The position numbers and the translations under genes are program-made. This document shows, piece after piece, positions 34,835 to 44,560 of a stretch of DNA of 56,993 nucleotides. This DNA is from a virus (lineage: Duplodnaviria; Caudoviricetes). The notes under the pieces were generated by a model, which searched no databases, had not been told where the DNA came from, and was given only the letters and a program-made list of their open reading frames with translations. Each line of letters opens with the position of its first letter. The stretch's first letter is position 1. Location: the IMG/VR virus record IMGVR_UViG_3300036846_001227, positions 1 through 56,993 of that record, one strand, 5' to 3'.

Positions 34835-36186
34835 TGGCTGACGACACGGGTAGGGCGCAGCCCGGCCTCAAGCAGGACTCCCCCCAGCTAACCCTGCCTG
34901 ATGTCTACGCGGGGAAGCCTGCGCCGCCGCCGGCCGATTACTCTGCTGACATCTCGCCCTCGCTGCGGTCGGCCTACAAGTCGATGGTCGAGAATGGGGT
35001 GTCGCCGTGGAATGCTCGCGAGGCGCTGTTGCCGCCGCCTGATCAGGTGGTGCGATCGCCGAGTACTTTCACACAAGGGCAGGATCTCGGGTTCTACGGC
35101 CAGCGTGGTCTACCAAGTGTTCCACGACAGACCGGCGACCCGGTGATTGGCGGCCCGCCGCAGTTCGCCCCCTCCATGGGGAACTATGCGACGCCGCCGT
35201 ATATGCTCCCTCACCCTGGGTTCCAGAGAGCGGCAGACCAGCAGCCGGAGCTTGAAGACCAACGGTTCTGGGGGGCGAACCTCCAGCGCAACCGGGCCTT
35301 CCTGAACCCTGGTGCGACGGCTCCTTACAACACGGCCCTGCCGCCCCAGCAGGAAGCCCAGTTTAGGGCCTGGCTGACCGAGAACAAGGTCCCCTTCAAT
35401 CCCGGCCTGCCTGTCTCCGACTATGACATGCGCGGCTACTGGTCAGCATTGCAGGCTGGCGACCCCCACGCCAAGCAGGAGGTTGACCCCAGCGACAACC
35501 GGCCACACTTCCCCGACTACTGGAAGACGCCGCTCTCGGCCACCTTCTCCAACGAGAGTCAGTGGGCCAACCCCGAGGTGGCTCCCAGATGGGAGAACGA
35601 CAACCTCCAGCTGCCCAACGGCCAAGTGTTGTGGGATGACAAGGCGCAGAAGTGGATCGGACCTAACCCGCCATGGAGTGGGCAGCAACCGCAACAACAA
35701 CCGCAGGCCCCGCTGCCACGGATGGGCGGGGTGCCGACGGCCAACTCCCTGCTCCAGCAGATCGGCGATGTCCACCAGATCAGGCCGGAGATACCCCCGC
35801 TGCCGACAGTAAAGCCGTTTGAACCGGACTGGCGAGGGGAACCGTGGAACATGGAGTACCAAAACCCGGCCCGCCGATCGATGCAGCTTCCTACGGGTGT
35901 GATGCCGATGCGCCCGGCCAATGAAGCGCAGTTGCAGGCGGCCCCCCTCCTTCAGCAGGCGGCCCTCCTGCGGATGCTGCTGCCGGGTGGGATGGTGGGG
36001 CCGGGTGGCTACAAGCCGATGCCGGGGACCCAGGACAACCCGCTGTTGCAGGAGGGCGAGGAGGGTGCGGTCGTGGGATCGAGGCCGGTGCCGGGGAGTC
36101 GGGACCGCAATCGGTTCTTCAACCCCAATAGGCCGGCCCCTTATAATGCACCCGGCGTCCCAGACGACCGTAGTCAGGAGACTTGA
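34831..36186 (+). CDS. Pro/Gln-rich hypothetical (possible virion) protein
   Basis: 451 aa; central globular segment DYDMRGYW...HFPDYWKTP..TFSNES. Confidence 0.75.
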   Translation: MMADDTGRAQPGLKQDSPQLTLPDVYAGKPAPPPADYSADISPSLRSAYKSMVENGVSPWNAREALLPPPDQVVRSPSTFTQGQDLGFYGQRGLPSVPRQTGDPVIGGPPQFAPSMGNYATPPYMLPHPGFQRAADQQPELEDQRFWGANLQRNRAFLNPGATAPYNTALPPQQEAQFRAWLTENKVPFNPGLPVSDYDMRGYWSALQAGDPHAKQEVDPSDNRPHFPDYWKTPLSATFSNESQWANPEVAPRWENDNLQLPNGQVLWDDKAQKWIGPNPPWSGQQPQQQPQAPLPRMGGVPTANSLLQQIGDVHQIRPEIPPLPTVKPFEPDWRGEPWNMEYQNPARRSMQLPTGVMPMRPANEAQLQAAPLLQQAALLRMLLPGGMVGPGGYKPMPGTQDNPLLQEGEEGAVVGSRPVPGSRDRNRFFNPNRPAPYNAPGVPDDRSQET

Positions 36187-37892
36187 TGGCGCGAAGAAGT
36201 CAGACACCCAGTCATGCTGCCAACCTTGGCCGGATACCCCGGCGGGATGTCGGGGCGTGGTGCCAGGAGATAATAGCTAAGTGTACGGTGAGCCGAGACG
36301 ACCGAGTCCGCCAGGCGCAGGTCTATCGGAACTTCTATTATACCGGGACGGATGACGGGCAGGGGGCCGTCGACAATGAGATTTACCCGGCGGTGGATCA
36401 TCTGGCCTCGTCGCTCTTCAGCCCCGTCAACCCAAGATTTGTCTTTAGCTTTGACCATAGCGATACGCTGGAGGAGCGGGCCAAGGGACACAAGGCCGCT
36501 GAGCACCTCAGCAAGGAGTTCTCCCGACGGGGCGTCGACAATGCCTTTGCCGCCGCCGTCAACTGGGGCCTCATCGACAGCTCCTGCTTCGTCAAGCTGT
36601 TATGGGGCCGGAAGGGCCTCGACCCCTATGTGATCGCCCAGGGCTTTATGGGTGTCTACTACGAGGGCCTCCAGGGACTGGACCGGCAGGATGCCTTTGT
36701 CCACACCAGCTTCATGACGCTGGGGGCCTTCGAGCGAAGTATCGCCGACCACCCTGAAGAGCGGGCGATCAAGAACTATGTCAGGAGAAGGGCCAGGGCC
36801 GATCCCACCATCATGGGCCAGCAGCACGATGTGAGGACATTGTTGATTGGGGGCACGATCCCGGTCAACCTGACCCCGCCCCAATCGAGTATTCCTGGGG
36901 GCTGGGTCAACTGGGTCAAGGGACCGAGGCCGCAGGTGGACGCTCAGACCCTCACCGAGCTTGTCCAGATCGACGAGCTGTGGGTGATCGACAACGACCG
37001 GGAAGATTATACGACCTTCCAACTGGTCGACGAGCTGGTTATCGAGGGCAAGCTTCAGCGGCGCAACTTGTTGGGCATTAGTGGGCACCAACCTTTTGTG
37101 CAGGTGGTTCCCAACCCTGTGCTCGACTACTTCTGGGGGAGGTCCGAGGCGGCCCAGCTGATGATGGCCCAACAGGCGGTGACGGCCCAGGTCAACGGCA
37201 TCTCGCGGACCATGCGGATGCAGGAGGACCCGCCGATGACCTTCAACGGGATGACCGGCAACATCGACGAGAAGCGCTCCACGCTGATGAAGCCCGGCGG
37301 CCGGCTGGCCGAGAACAACCCCCAGTTCAAGGCGGAGAACATGGCCCCCAAGCTGGCCGAGCAGGCCCTGCCCTTCCTGGGTGATCTAAGGGAGAACTTT
37401 CACCGGCAGAGTGGTTTCGAGGCACCTGTCAGCCGGGGCATGGGCGAGCAGGGCGTGAGAAGCGGCGTGCATGGGGAGACGATGGTGCGGATGGCCAGTC
37501 CAAGGTTGCGGGACCGGGCACTCGACATCGAGAAGACCTACGGCGAGTTGGGCGACCTCGGGTTCCAGATGTTGCAGGACAAGGTGCCCGACATGTTTAC
37601 CGTCCATGTCGAGGGTCAAGCCAAGCCAGTAGAGTTTATCCTGGACCAACTGGCGGATGACTACGATCTGTCGGTAGACAGTCATAGTGCAAGTCCGGCC
37701 TTCTCGGAGGAAGCAAGGTCACTTGCCTTTGACTTGGCGAGGACCAAAGCCATTGATGACAAGGGGCTAATCCGCTTGACACACCCTCCCCAGGAGGACA
37801 CTCTTCTCGCCGACATCGATGAGCGCCGGAAGAAGCAGGCAGAGATGCTTGCATCTCACCCGGAGATGCTGCGGTCCCAGGGTCGCCGTTAG
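36186..37892 (+). CDS. Portal protein
   Basis: About 568 aa, helical, PFV...P...YFWGRSE motif; lies between terminase and capsid genes. Confidence 0.8.
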   Translation: MARRSQTPSHAANLGRIPRRDVGAWCQEIIAKCTVSRDDRVRQAQVYRNFYYTGTDDGQGAVDNEIYPAVDHLASSLFSPVNPRFVFSFDHSDTLEERAKGHKAAEHLSKEFSRRGVDNAFAAAVNWGLIDSSCFVKLLWGRKGLDPYVIAQGFMGVYYEGLQGLDRQDAFVHTSFMTLGAFERSIADHPEERAIKNYVRRRARADPTIMGQQHDVRTLLIGGTIPVNLTPPQSSIPGGWVNWVKGPRPQVDAQTLTELVQIDELWVIDNDREDYTTFQLVDELVIEGKLQRRNLLGISGHQPFVQVVPNPVLDYFWGRSEAAQLMMAQQAVTAQVNGISRTMRMQEDPPMTFNGMTGNIDEKRSTLMKPGGRLAENNPQFKAENMAPKLAEQALPFLGDLRENFHRQSGFEAPVSRGMGEQGVRSGVHGETMVRMASPRLRDRALDIEKTYGELGDLGFQMLQDKVPDMFTVHVEGQAKPVEFILDQLADDYDLSVDSHSASPAFSEEARSLAFDLARTKAIDDKGLIRLTHPPQEDTLLADIDERRKKQAEMLASHPEMLRSQGRR

Positions 37893-37968
37893 CCTGGGTG
37901 TAGTCGGGAGCGGACCTTGTCCCTGGGTAGGGAGTCTCCCCGGGACGCTCAAGAGGAGGAGGCCCACC

Positions 37969-38016
37969 ATGGCACGTCGCATGGGTCGTCGGCACCGTCG
38001 AGGCCGTCGGAAGTAA
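37969..38016 (+). CDS. 15-aa protamine-like peptide MARRMGRRHRRGRRK
   Basis: GAGGAGGAGG RBS 6 nt before ATG; lies in the head operon. Confidence 0.7.
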   Translation: MARRMGRRHRRGRRK

Positions 38017-38040
38017 CCAAGGGTTGGAGGGGGATTTAGG

Positions 38041-38469
38041 ATGCCGCCGCCGCCGTTAGGTGCCCTTGGACCGCAGCCTCCCTTCGGCTCCGCGCCCATC
38101 ATGCGTCCTAGCGCCAGTCTTGGTTCGGCCGCAAATGGCTCCGCCATGGTTGGTCAAGCGGTGAACATGCTGGAGAAAGCACTTTCCGAAATCCCTCCCC
38201 AACACCCTCTTCACAAGGCAGTTCTCACAGCGATCAGCTCGTTGACCAAGGCCGCCCCTCCAAGTGCGCAATCGCCGGGTGTCGGGCTGGAAGCCATGAA
38301 ACAGATGTTGGCAGGTTCACAGCAGCAATCCCCGTTGGCTGCCCTGCTGGCTGGTCGCGGGGGAGGCGGCGGCGGGATGCCTGGGGTTATGCCACCGCCT
38401 GCTATGGGGGCTGGCGGAGCACCTCCTGGCCCCGGCGCACCCCCCGGCGGTCCACCACCCCCCATGTAG
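38041..38469 (+). CDS. Pro/Gly-rich head-module protein
   Basis: GGAGG RBS; position between portal and scaffold. Confidence 0.75.
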   Translation: MPPPPLGALGPQPPFGSAPIMRPSASLGSAANGSAMVGQAVNMLEKALSEIPPQHPLHKAVLTAISSLTKAAPPSAQSPGVGLEAMKQMLAGSQQQSPLAALLAGRGGGGGGMPGVMPPPAMGAGGAPPGPGAPPGGPPPPM

Positions 38470-38478
38470 GAGACAGAG

Positions 38479-38667
38479 ATGGCTGACCGCAAGTTCCCCC
38501 GCGCCTACCGTGACTCGGTGCCGCAGGACCTCGACAACCCGGACCCGATGGTGGTCAGGGTGCCGTTCAACAACACCGACATCGGGGCGCGCAAGAGCGT
38601 CACGCGCTCGATCAAGGACGTGAACAACATGAACATCAGTCACGTCCCCGACGCCAACTCACACTAG
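38479..38667 (+). CDS. Hypothetical protein
   Basis: AGGAG RBS. Confidence 0.7.
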   Translation: MADRKFPRAYRDSVPQDLDNPDPMVVRVPFNNTDIGARKSVTRSIKDVNNMNISHVPDANSH

Positions 38668-38676
38668 GAGCGGGCC

Positions 38677-39291
38677 GTGACAGTCGAGATCGATGACTCC
38701 GACGCCCAGTTGTTGGCGACGGTCAAGCGGCTGGGGGGGATGCCGGCGCTTGACCAGATGTACCGGGCACATACGCTCCATACGACCCTTCATGGGGACC
38801 CCAATGTGCGGACCCACTATGAAAGGTTGATCAAGCACAAGTATCCGCAGGCCCAGACGACGGATGACATCGCCGCCCCCTACGTCAGGGAAATCCAGTC
38901 GACGCAGGAGCGGGTCAAGGCGCTGGAAGAGGAGCGGGTCAAAGAGCGGGATGCCGTCTTGATGGAGCGGCGGCAGAGCAGCTTCAACGAGGCTTGGTCA
39001 CAGGCCGTCAAGGACCACGACATGACGGCGGAGGGCGAAGAGGCTCTCGGCAAGTTCATGGAGAAGGAGAAGCTGCACGATCCCGAGAGTGCAGCTTTGC
39101 TGTACTTCAAGCGCAATCCTAAGCCAGCCTCTCCGCAGGAGAGTGGTGGGCTTGCCCCCAAGACGTGGGGGGTGGGGCCGCTGCCTGGCGAGGACCCCGA
39201 GAGCAGCAAGCTGCTCTTGGAGAACCCGGAGCGCTGGGCCGACAACGAGGCGTATTCGGTGCTCAACGAGATGCGGTCGGCGAGTCGATGA
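38677..39291 (+). CDS. Probable capsid scaffolding protein
   Basis: Charged coiled-coil protein directly upstream of the capsid gene; AGGAG RBS. Confidence 0.65.
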   Translation: MTVEIDDSDAQLLATVKRLGGMPALDQMYRAHTLHTTLHGDPNVRTHYERLIKHKYPQAQTTDDIAAPYVREIQSTQERVKALEEERVKERDAVLMERRQSSFNEAWSQAVKDHDMTAEGEEALGKFMEKEKLHDPESAALLYFKRNPKPASPQESGGLAPKTWGVGPLPGEDPESSKLLLENPERWADNEAYSVLNEMRSASR

Positions 39292-39346
39292 CATTGGTTG
39301 CAGGCCAGAGTTGAGGTACTGCAACTCCTGAGAGAAGGGCGGCTAG

Positions 39347-40357
39347 ATGCCACAATTTGGAAGCGGCATAATTCCCTCCGGGCCAGTCGGCCTTGAGCTT
39401 GCTGCAATCACACGTAGAGCATTCATACCCGCTCTAGTTGTCCAGATTTACAAGGCCCACCCGGTCTTGAGCCTGCTGCTGGGGAATGCACAGAGGGCCG
39501 CTGGCGGTGTCTCCTCGGTCACGGTGCCGACGCAAGGCGCGAGCTTTGTCCAGTACAGCTGGGCTGGGTTTGATGGTGCCTTCCCGCAGCCGACGGACCT
39601 TACGGCAGTACAAAACGCTGAATTTAATCTGAAGCTTGGCGTAGTTCCAATACCTTTCCTGGGTATGGAAGCATTAGTGCAGGCAACCGAAGTAGTCATA
39701 CCGAGGTTGAGAGCAGTGATGGCGGATGCCAAAGCAGTGGCAACGCAGTCTATTGCGTCAGCACTCTACCAGAACAACCAGAATGCTCCGCTCCAAGTCG
39801 ACAGTTTCTCACAGGCCTATGATAATGGGGCCAACGTCCCTACCTACGGCGGCATCAACCGGAATGCCAACCCGTTCTGGAAGTCGAACCTGATCGCGGT
39901 GAATACGAATATTTCGACCCGGATTGGCATTGCTTCCAGGATTGCCCAGCTGACCTTCTTGAATGGTGGGGAGGCACCGGACTTTGGGGTGATGAGCTTT
40001 GGCGACTGGACGACTCTCATGCAGGATTTCATGGGAGCGGAACAGTTCCGCACAAGCCCGGGGTCCGTCTACGGGATGGACGACAGCGTCAATGCGGGCT
40101 TCCGGTGTTTGACGGTGTTGAATGTGCCGATCTTTCCTGACCCGTTCTTGCAGCAAGGGACGATGTACCTGTTCAACACCAAGTATATTGCCATGTATAT
40201 TAGCGAGGATGCTCCGTTTCTCTTCTCTGGCTTTGAAAGTACTATACCTAACTTCCAAATCGCAAATATAGGAGTAATGATCGTAGCTTTCAACGTGGTA
40301 TGCACAAAACCATCGACAGGCATGCAGCTCACTGGTATGACAGGAAATGCCTTCTAG
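39347..40357 (+). CDS. Major capsid protein
   Basis: 336 aa; ELAAITRR, YGGINR...FW, GF..L...VPIFPD and MYLFNTKY patterns; position after the scaffold. Confidence 0.85.
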   Translation: MPQFGSGIIPSGPVGLELAAITRRAFIPALVVQIYKAHPVLSLLLGNAQRAAGGVSSVTVPTQGASFVQYSWAGFDGAFPQPTDLTAVQNAEFNLKLGVVPIPFLGMEALVQATEVVIPRLRAVMADAKAVATQSIASALYQNNQNAPLQVDSFSQAYDNGANVPTYGGINRNANPFWKSNLIAVNTNISTRIGIASRIAQLTFLNGGEAPDFGVMSFGDWTTLMQDFMGAEQFRTSPGSVYGMDDSVNAGFRCLTVLNVPIFPDPFLQQGTMYLFNTKYIAMYISEDAPFLFSGFESTIPNFQIANIGVMIVAFNVVCTKPSTGMQLTGMTGNAF

Positions 40358-41103
40358 GTCAAGGACTTAGCAATCGACAAAGCCACAGACAGGATTTTTG
40401 AAGTGTCACCGGAGCCTTTCATCGCATTAATCGCCCACAGTACAAAGCGGCTGTTGTCTGTGGTGTACCCCTTTGTCGAGTCGATCCTGTCGATGCTGGG
40501 GGAGAATGGACGCCCGCCGGGTTTGCCTGGAAGTGCCAGATCGAACGGTATGCCGGTTATCTCGCATTTGCCGGTCCAACGTGCGGAGGCCCAATCCACA
40601 GTTAGGTCGCACTCCAGGCCCTTCTGGGCGGCTCTGCGCTTTGCTCCCCTTATCAACTTTGCCCAAGGATAGAGTTCCCGTGCCCGCTGCTCTCTCTTCC
40701 TTGCTTCCTCCGCCAGCTTCTCTGGCTGCTCCTCCGCCAGCCGCTTGTACCGGGCGCGCATGTTTGCCCGCGTCTGCTCTCCGTTCTCGGCATACCAGCG
40801 AGCACGTCCTGCTTTCACTTCGGCTGGATGGGCGGCATGCCAGCGTCTTACATTCTCGCGCTCTTCCTCTAGATGCTCCAGCCGACGGAGACGGCGGCGT
40901 TCGTTGGCCTCTGCCCGATGCGTCTCGTGCCAGGCGCGGGACTGCGCATTTACTTTCTCTTTGTTGGCAGCGTATTGAAGAGCTGATCTGTGGCGGCCGG
41001 CGCAAGTTTGAGAGCAGTATCTCTTGGGTTGGGCGTACCGCCGGGTTACACAGAAAGTTTTGCCGCATGCGGGGTTCTCGCACACTAGTAAGATTGGTTC
41101 CAT
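40354..41103 (-). CDS. Free-standing HNH-like (homing) endonuclease
   Basis: N-terminal C..C...YCS..C, charged helical linker, C-terminal CEITG.PF..SPSIDRIDS.KGY..DN..N..K; GGAGG RBS; opposite strand to the operon. Confidence 0.75.
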   Translation of the reverse strand: MEPILLVCENPACGKTFCVTRRYAQPKRYCSQTCAGRHRSALQYAANKEKVNAQSRAWHETHRAEANERRRLRRLEHLEEERENVRRWHAAHPAEVKAGRARWYAENGEQTRANMRARYKRLAEEQPEKLAEEARKREQRARELYPWAKLIRGAKRRAAQKGLECDLTVDWASARWTGKCEITGIPFDLALPGKPGGRPFSPSIDRIDSTKGYTTDNSRFVLWAINAMKGSGDTSKILSVALSIAKSLT

Positions 41104-41173
41104 CTTCTTCCTCCGAAACGCCGATGTATGTGTTTCTACGCAATACGCCGGCGCTTGTCTAGGAGAACGTTGT

Positions 41174-42319
41174 ATGCCTACTATTCGCGGGACAGGCCTC
41201 CCTCTCACTTTGGGCAAGGCGACCACCAACATCGAGAGCCTTGCTCCTGGTGCATCGCGCGTTGTCCCGGCGGGCGCCAACGCCATCCATCTGGGCCAGT
41301 ACAGCTTTGTCCAGTATTTCGACCCGGTGTGGAATGTGAACACCGCGTCGAATGCTGGGCCGACGGGCGAGTGGAAGACCTGCCCTCGGCCCTGGAACGG
41401 CTGGATTTACGTCGAGAGCGACGGCGTCAACTTGCGGGTCGCCAACCTGTCGGGGTGCGTGCTGGGTGCAGTGCTGACGGCGTCCGGCTCCGGTTACACC
41501 AGTCCTCCGCTGGTGACGGCGAGTGCCGGCGGCGCTCAGTTCAGCGCCATCGTTGGTGGGTTGGTTAACACCTCACAGAGTTTGCCGGCCAACCCAGGCT
41601 CCGGCTACACCATTCCGCCGAGGTTGTTGGTCAGTGCTCCGCCGCCTGGTGGAGTGCAAGCGACTGCCCACACAACGTTGTCGGGAGGCGTGGTCAATAC
41701 GATTGTGGTGGACAACCAGGGTGCCGGCTACACCAGCCCGCCACTTGCCACCTTTGTGACCGATCCCAACGACACGGGCACCGCCATCAATGGGGCAGGG
41801 GCGAGTGTCCAGAACACGCCCAACTCGATGACGTTGAGCCTGACCGGGGCTGGGACGATTGCGGCGGTCGTCATGACCAACCCGGGCCTGCCCCAGACAG
41901 CGGTGCCGACGCTGGCGTTTGCCGGTGGTGGCGGCACGGCGGCGGCGGCCACGGCGGTGATGAACTTCTCGGTGACGGGCTACACCGTATCGTCTGGCGG
42001 CACCGGCGTCCCGGCGGGCACTGCCCTTATCTCCACGGGCGGCATCGTGGCTGTCACGCCGATCCATGTGAACCCGAGTATAGAGCAGGGTCTGATCCTG
42101 CCCCGACAAGCCAAGATCGTGCCGGCGCTGTCGGGTGGTGCCATCGTGCCAAGCGGCACGACGCCGCCGCTCGCCGTCGAGGATTGGGGCATCGGCTTCT
42201 CGGCCATCCCCAACCTGGCGATCCTGTCGGGGTCCGGCACGGAGACGACCGGCGCGACTGTCGCGGCGACCGTCGGCGGCAACCTCGATATTATCTATAT
42301 CCAGTCGTTGACGGGTTGA
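41174..42319 (+). CDS. Virion structural protein with GxGYTxxP repeats
   Basis: AGGAG RBS; SGSGYTSPP, PGSGYTIPP and QGAGYTSPP repeats. Confidence 0.75.
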   Translation: MPTIRGTGLPLTLGKATTNIESLAPGASRVVPAGANAIHLGQYSFVQYFDPVWNVNTASNAGPTGEWKTCPRPWNGWIYVESDGVNLRVANLSGCVLGAVLTASGSGYTSPPLVTASAGGAQFSAIVGGLVNTSQSLPANPGSGYTIPPRLLVSAPPPGGVQATAHTTLSGGVVNTIVVDNQGAGYTSPPLATFVTDPNDTGTAINGAGASVQNTPNSMTLSLTGAGTIAAVVMTNPGLPQTAVPTLAFAGGGGTAAAATAVMNFSVTGYTVSSGGTGVPAGTALISTGGIVAVTPIHVNPSIEQGLILPRQAKIVPALSGGAIVPSGTTPPLAVEDWGIGFSAIPNLAILSGSGTETTGATVAATVGGNLDIIYIQSLTG

Positions 42320-42323
42320 TCCG

Positions 42324-42794
42324 ATGAGAACGCCTGGCATCAGTGGATCGCTGGCTTTTACGGAGGGGGTCTTCACCGGCCCCTTCTTCGGGCCGTTCGC
42401 CGAGGTCGGCGTCAACAGCACGGTGGGCAACATTGCAGGGTCGCCCCAGGACCTCACCGGGGTGCCGACGGGTGGAGCGAGCCATGTAACCCTACTGTTG
42501 AACGGTGCTCAAGTCGGCGGCGTCAACTACACGCTGCCAACGGTGGCCGCCATCGTCGCGGCGCAAGGGGCACCCTTTGCCCAGCAGGACATCGTCGGCT
42601 GGTGGTACCGGCTGCGGATCGTGAATGTCGGTTCCGGGCAGATCATTACGGTGGTGCTGCCGGCGGGTGGCGGCTGGACCTTTACCGGCAGCTTGCTCAC
42701 CATAGCCAACAACACGTTCCGGGACTTCGTCGTGCAGATCATCTCGCCGGCGACAGCGAACCTGATCAGCACCGGCGTGGGCACCTACTCGTGA
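42324..42794 (+). CDS. Putative capsid decoration / structural protein
   Basis: YTLPTVAAIVA...RLRIVN beta-rich pattern; context. Confidence 0.6.
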   Translation: MRTPGISGSLAFTEGVFTGPFFGPFAEVGVNSTVGNIAGSPQDLTGVPTGGASHVTLLLNGAQVGGVNYTLPTVAAIVAAQGAPFAQQDIVGWWYRLRIVNVGSGQIITVVLPAGGGWTFTGSLLTIANNTFRDFVVQIISPATANLISTGVGTYS

Positions 42795-42800
42795 GCAGCG

Positions 42801-43619
42801 ATGGCCTTGAATGCCTACCTTAATGCGCTGCAAATACTCCTGCACGATCAGGCTGGACTTGCGTACCCGCAGTCGGTCCTGACCGGCTTCATCAACGAGG
42901 CCAGGCAACAGGCCGCCCTGGAGAGCGAGAGCATCCGGGGGCTTGGCACCATCGACACGGTCCCCAACCAGGAAGCCTATCGGAACGATGGCGTGGCGGC
43001 CCCGACCTTTCCGGCGGGCATCGCCAACCTGATCACGCCGAGGTCCATACAGTATGATCCGCAGTTGGTGTTGACGAGTGGGAGGACTCCCCTGGTCACG
43101 CTGATCAAGAGGAACTGGGACTGGTTTAACTTCTACGAGCTGGGGATGGCGGCAAGGCCGCCGGGGCCGCCGAGGGTCTGGGCACCATTTGTCATGGGGA
43201 CGCCGACGCTGCCGCAGGGCGGCATATCGTCGGGGCCGGTGGCGAGCGGGACCTTCTACATCAACCAGCCCAACATGGTCTACACGCTTCAGGTGGATGG
43301 TACCTGGGGGCCGTTGGACCTGGAGACGGACGACGACCCGGAGGCGCTGCCGGGTCCCTTCAATGATGCCGTTCCCCTCTACGGGTTGTACCTGGGCTTT
43401 ATGGATGCCCGGTTGAATGAGCTGGCCCAGCAAGCCCTTCAAGTTTACGAGCTGTTCATGACCCGGGCACGCGGCATCGTCACGCCGCTACCGGAGCAGA
43501 ATGCCTTCCCTGGTGGCCTGAGTGCGCGTCGCCTGCCAGGGATGGCCCCGCCTCAGAGGGGTGCTGGGGCGGGGCCGCCGCCTGCCCAGGGACAAGGTGG
43601 GCAAGGTGGTGGCGGATGA
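42801..43619 (+). CDS. Head-tail adaptor / tail tubular A-like protein
   Basis: L..FINEAR at the N-terminus and DD....P.PF.DAV..Y at the C-terminus; context. Confidence 0.65.
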   Translation: MALNAYLNALQILLHDQAGLAYPQSVLTGFINEARQQAALESESIRGLGTIDTVPNQEAYRNDGVAAPTFPAGIANLITPRSIQYDPQLVLTSGRTPLVTLIKRNWDWFNFYELGMAARPPGPPRVWAPFVMGTPTLPQGGISSGPVASGTFYINQPNMVYTLQVDGTWGPLDLETDDDPEALPGPFNDAVPLYGLYLGFMDARLNELAQQALQVYELFMTRARGIVTPLPEQNAFPGGLSARRLPGMAPPQRGAGAGPPPAQGQGGQGGGG

Positions 43620-44560
43620 AGTTGAGCGAGTACCTTCAAAGGCTCCAGAGGGTGCTGACTGACCAGACCTTTCAGCGCTTCAACATCGACGATCTGGTCC
43701 AGTATGTCAACGAGGCGCGGGTGTTTGTCGCCCTCGAAGGCGAGTGCTGTAGGGGGTTGGTGCCGTCGACGGTGGGCATCGGAAGTATAGACATGGTGAA
43801 TGGGGGGTCTGGCTACACAAGTGTACCGCAGGTTGTGATCTCGCCTCCACAACTGGGCACGGCCGCCACCGCCCAGGCATTCCTGGCTGGGAGTCAAGTC
43901 GGCTTTGTGCAACTGTTGACGCCGGGCGACGGCTACTCGACCTTCTCGACGCCGGCCATCAACTTTGTGGGGGGCGGCGGAACCGGGGCGCAGGCGACCT
44001 TTACGCTGATGCCCTTTGCCCAGGCCATCTTTGGCCAGGAGGTTTACACACACCAGAGCCTTAATCCGATACTTAGGGGGAGCACGGCCAGTCCGGGACT
44101 GGACGAGATCGTCAACATCAGGAACTGCGCCGTATCGTGGGGATCGATGAAGCCGATGATGAGGTACATGGCATGGGGCGACTTCCAGGCTTACTTGAGA
44201 TCGTACAACGTCGCTGCGCAGGGCTTCCCCCGTGTGTGGTCGCCCTACCAGCTGGGCACGAACGGGAGCTTCTACCTGTGGCCGATACCGGCGCAGAATG
44301 CCCAGATGGACCTCGACTGCACCTGCACACCCATCTACCTGGACATGGCCAACGACGAGTTGTACGACGCGATACCGAGGCCCTTCGACCTGGCGGTAGC
44401 GTACAAGGCGGCCGAGATCGCCTGTCTCAGTGATCCTGATATTGCGGGTCGAGCGCCGCAGATGGACGCCCAGTACAACATGCGGATGAGGTTCGCCTCG
44501 ATGACGGCCTCCGGAAGAACGATTATACCCGACTACTATAATTCGGCTGGCATGGCCTGA
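43616..44560 (+). CDS. Second adaptor-like protein with inserted GxGY repeats
   Basis: YVNEAR, FYLWPIP and IPRPFDLAVAY; resembles 42801-43619. Confidence 0.65.
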   Translation: MKLSEYLQRLQRVLTDQTFQRFNIDDLVQYVNEARVFVALEGECCRGLVPSTVGIGSIDMVNGGSGYTSVPQVVISPPQLGTAATAQAFLAGSQVGFVQLLTPGDGYSTFSTPAINFVGGGGTGAQATFTLMPFAQAIFGQEVYTHQSLNPILRGSTASPGLDEIVNIRNCAVSWGSMKPMMRYMAWGDFQAYLRSYNVAAQGFPRVWSPYQLGTNGSFYLWPIPAQNAQMDLDCTCTPIYLDMANDELYDAIPRPFDLAVAYKAAEIACLSDPDIAGRAPQMDAQYNMRMRFASMTASGRTIIPDYYNSAGMA

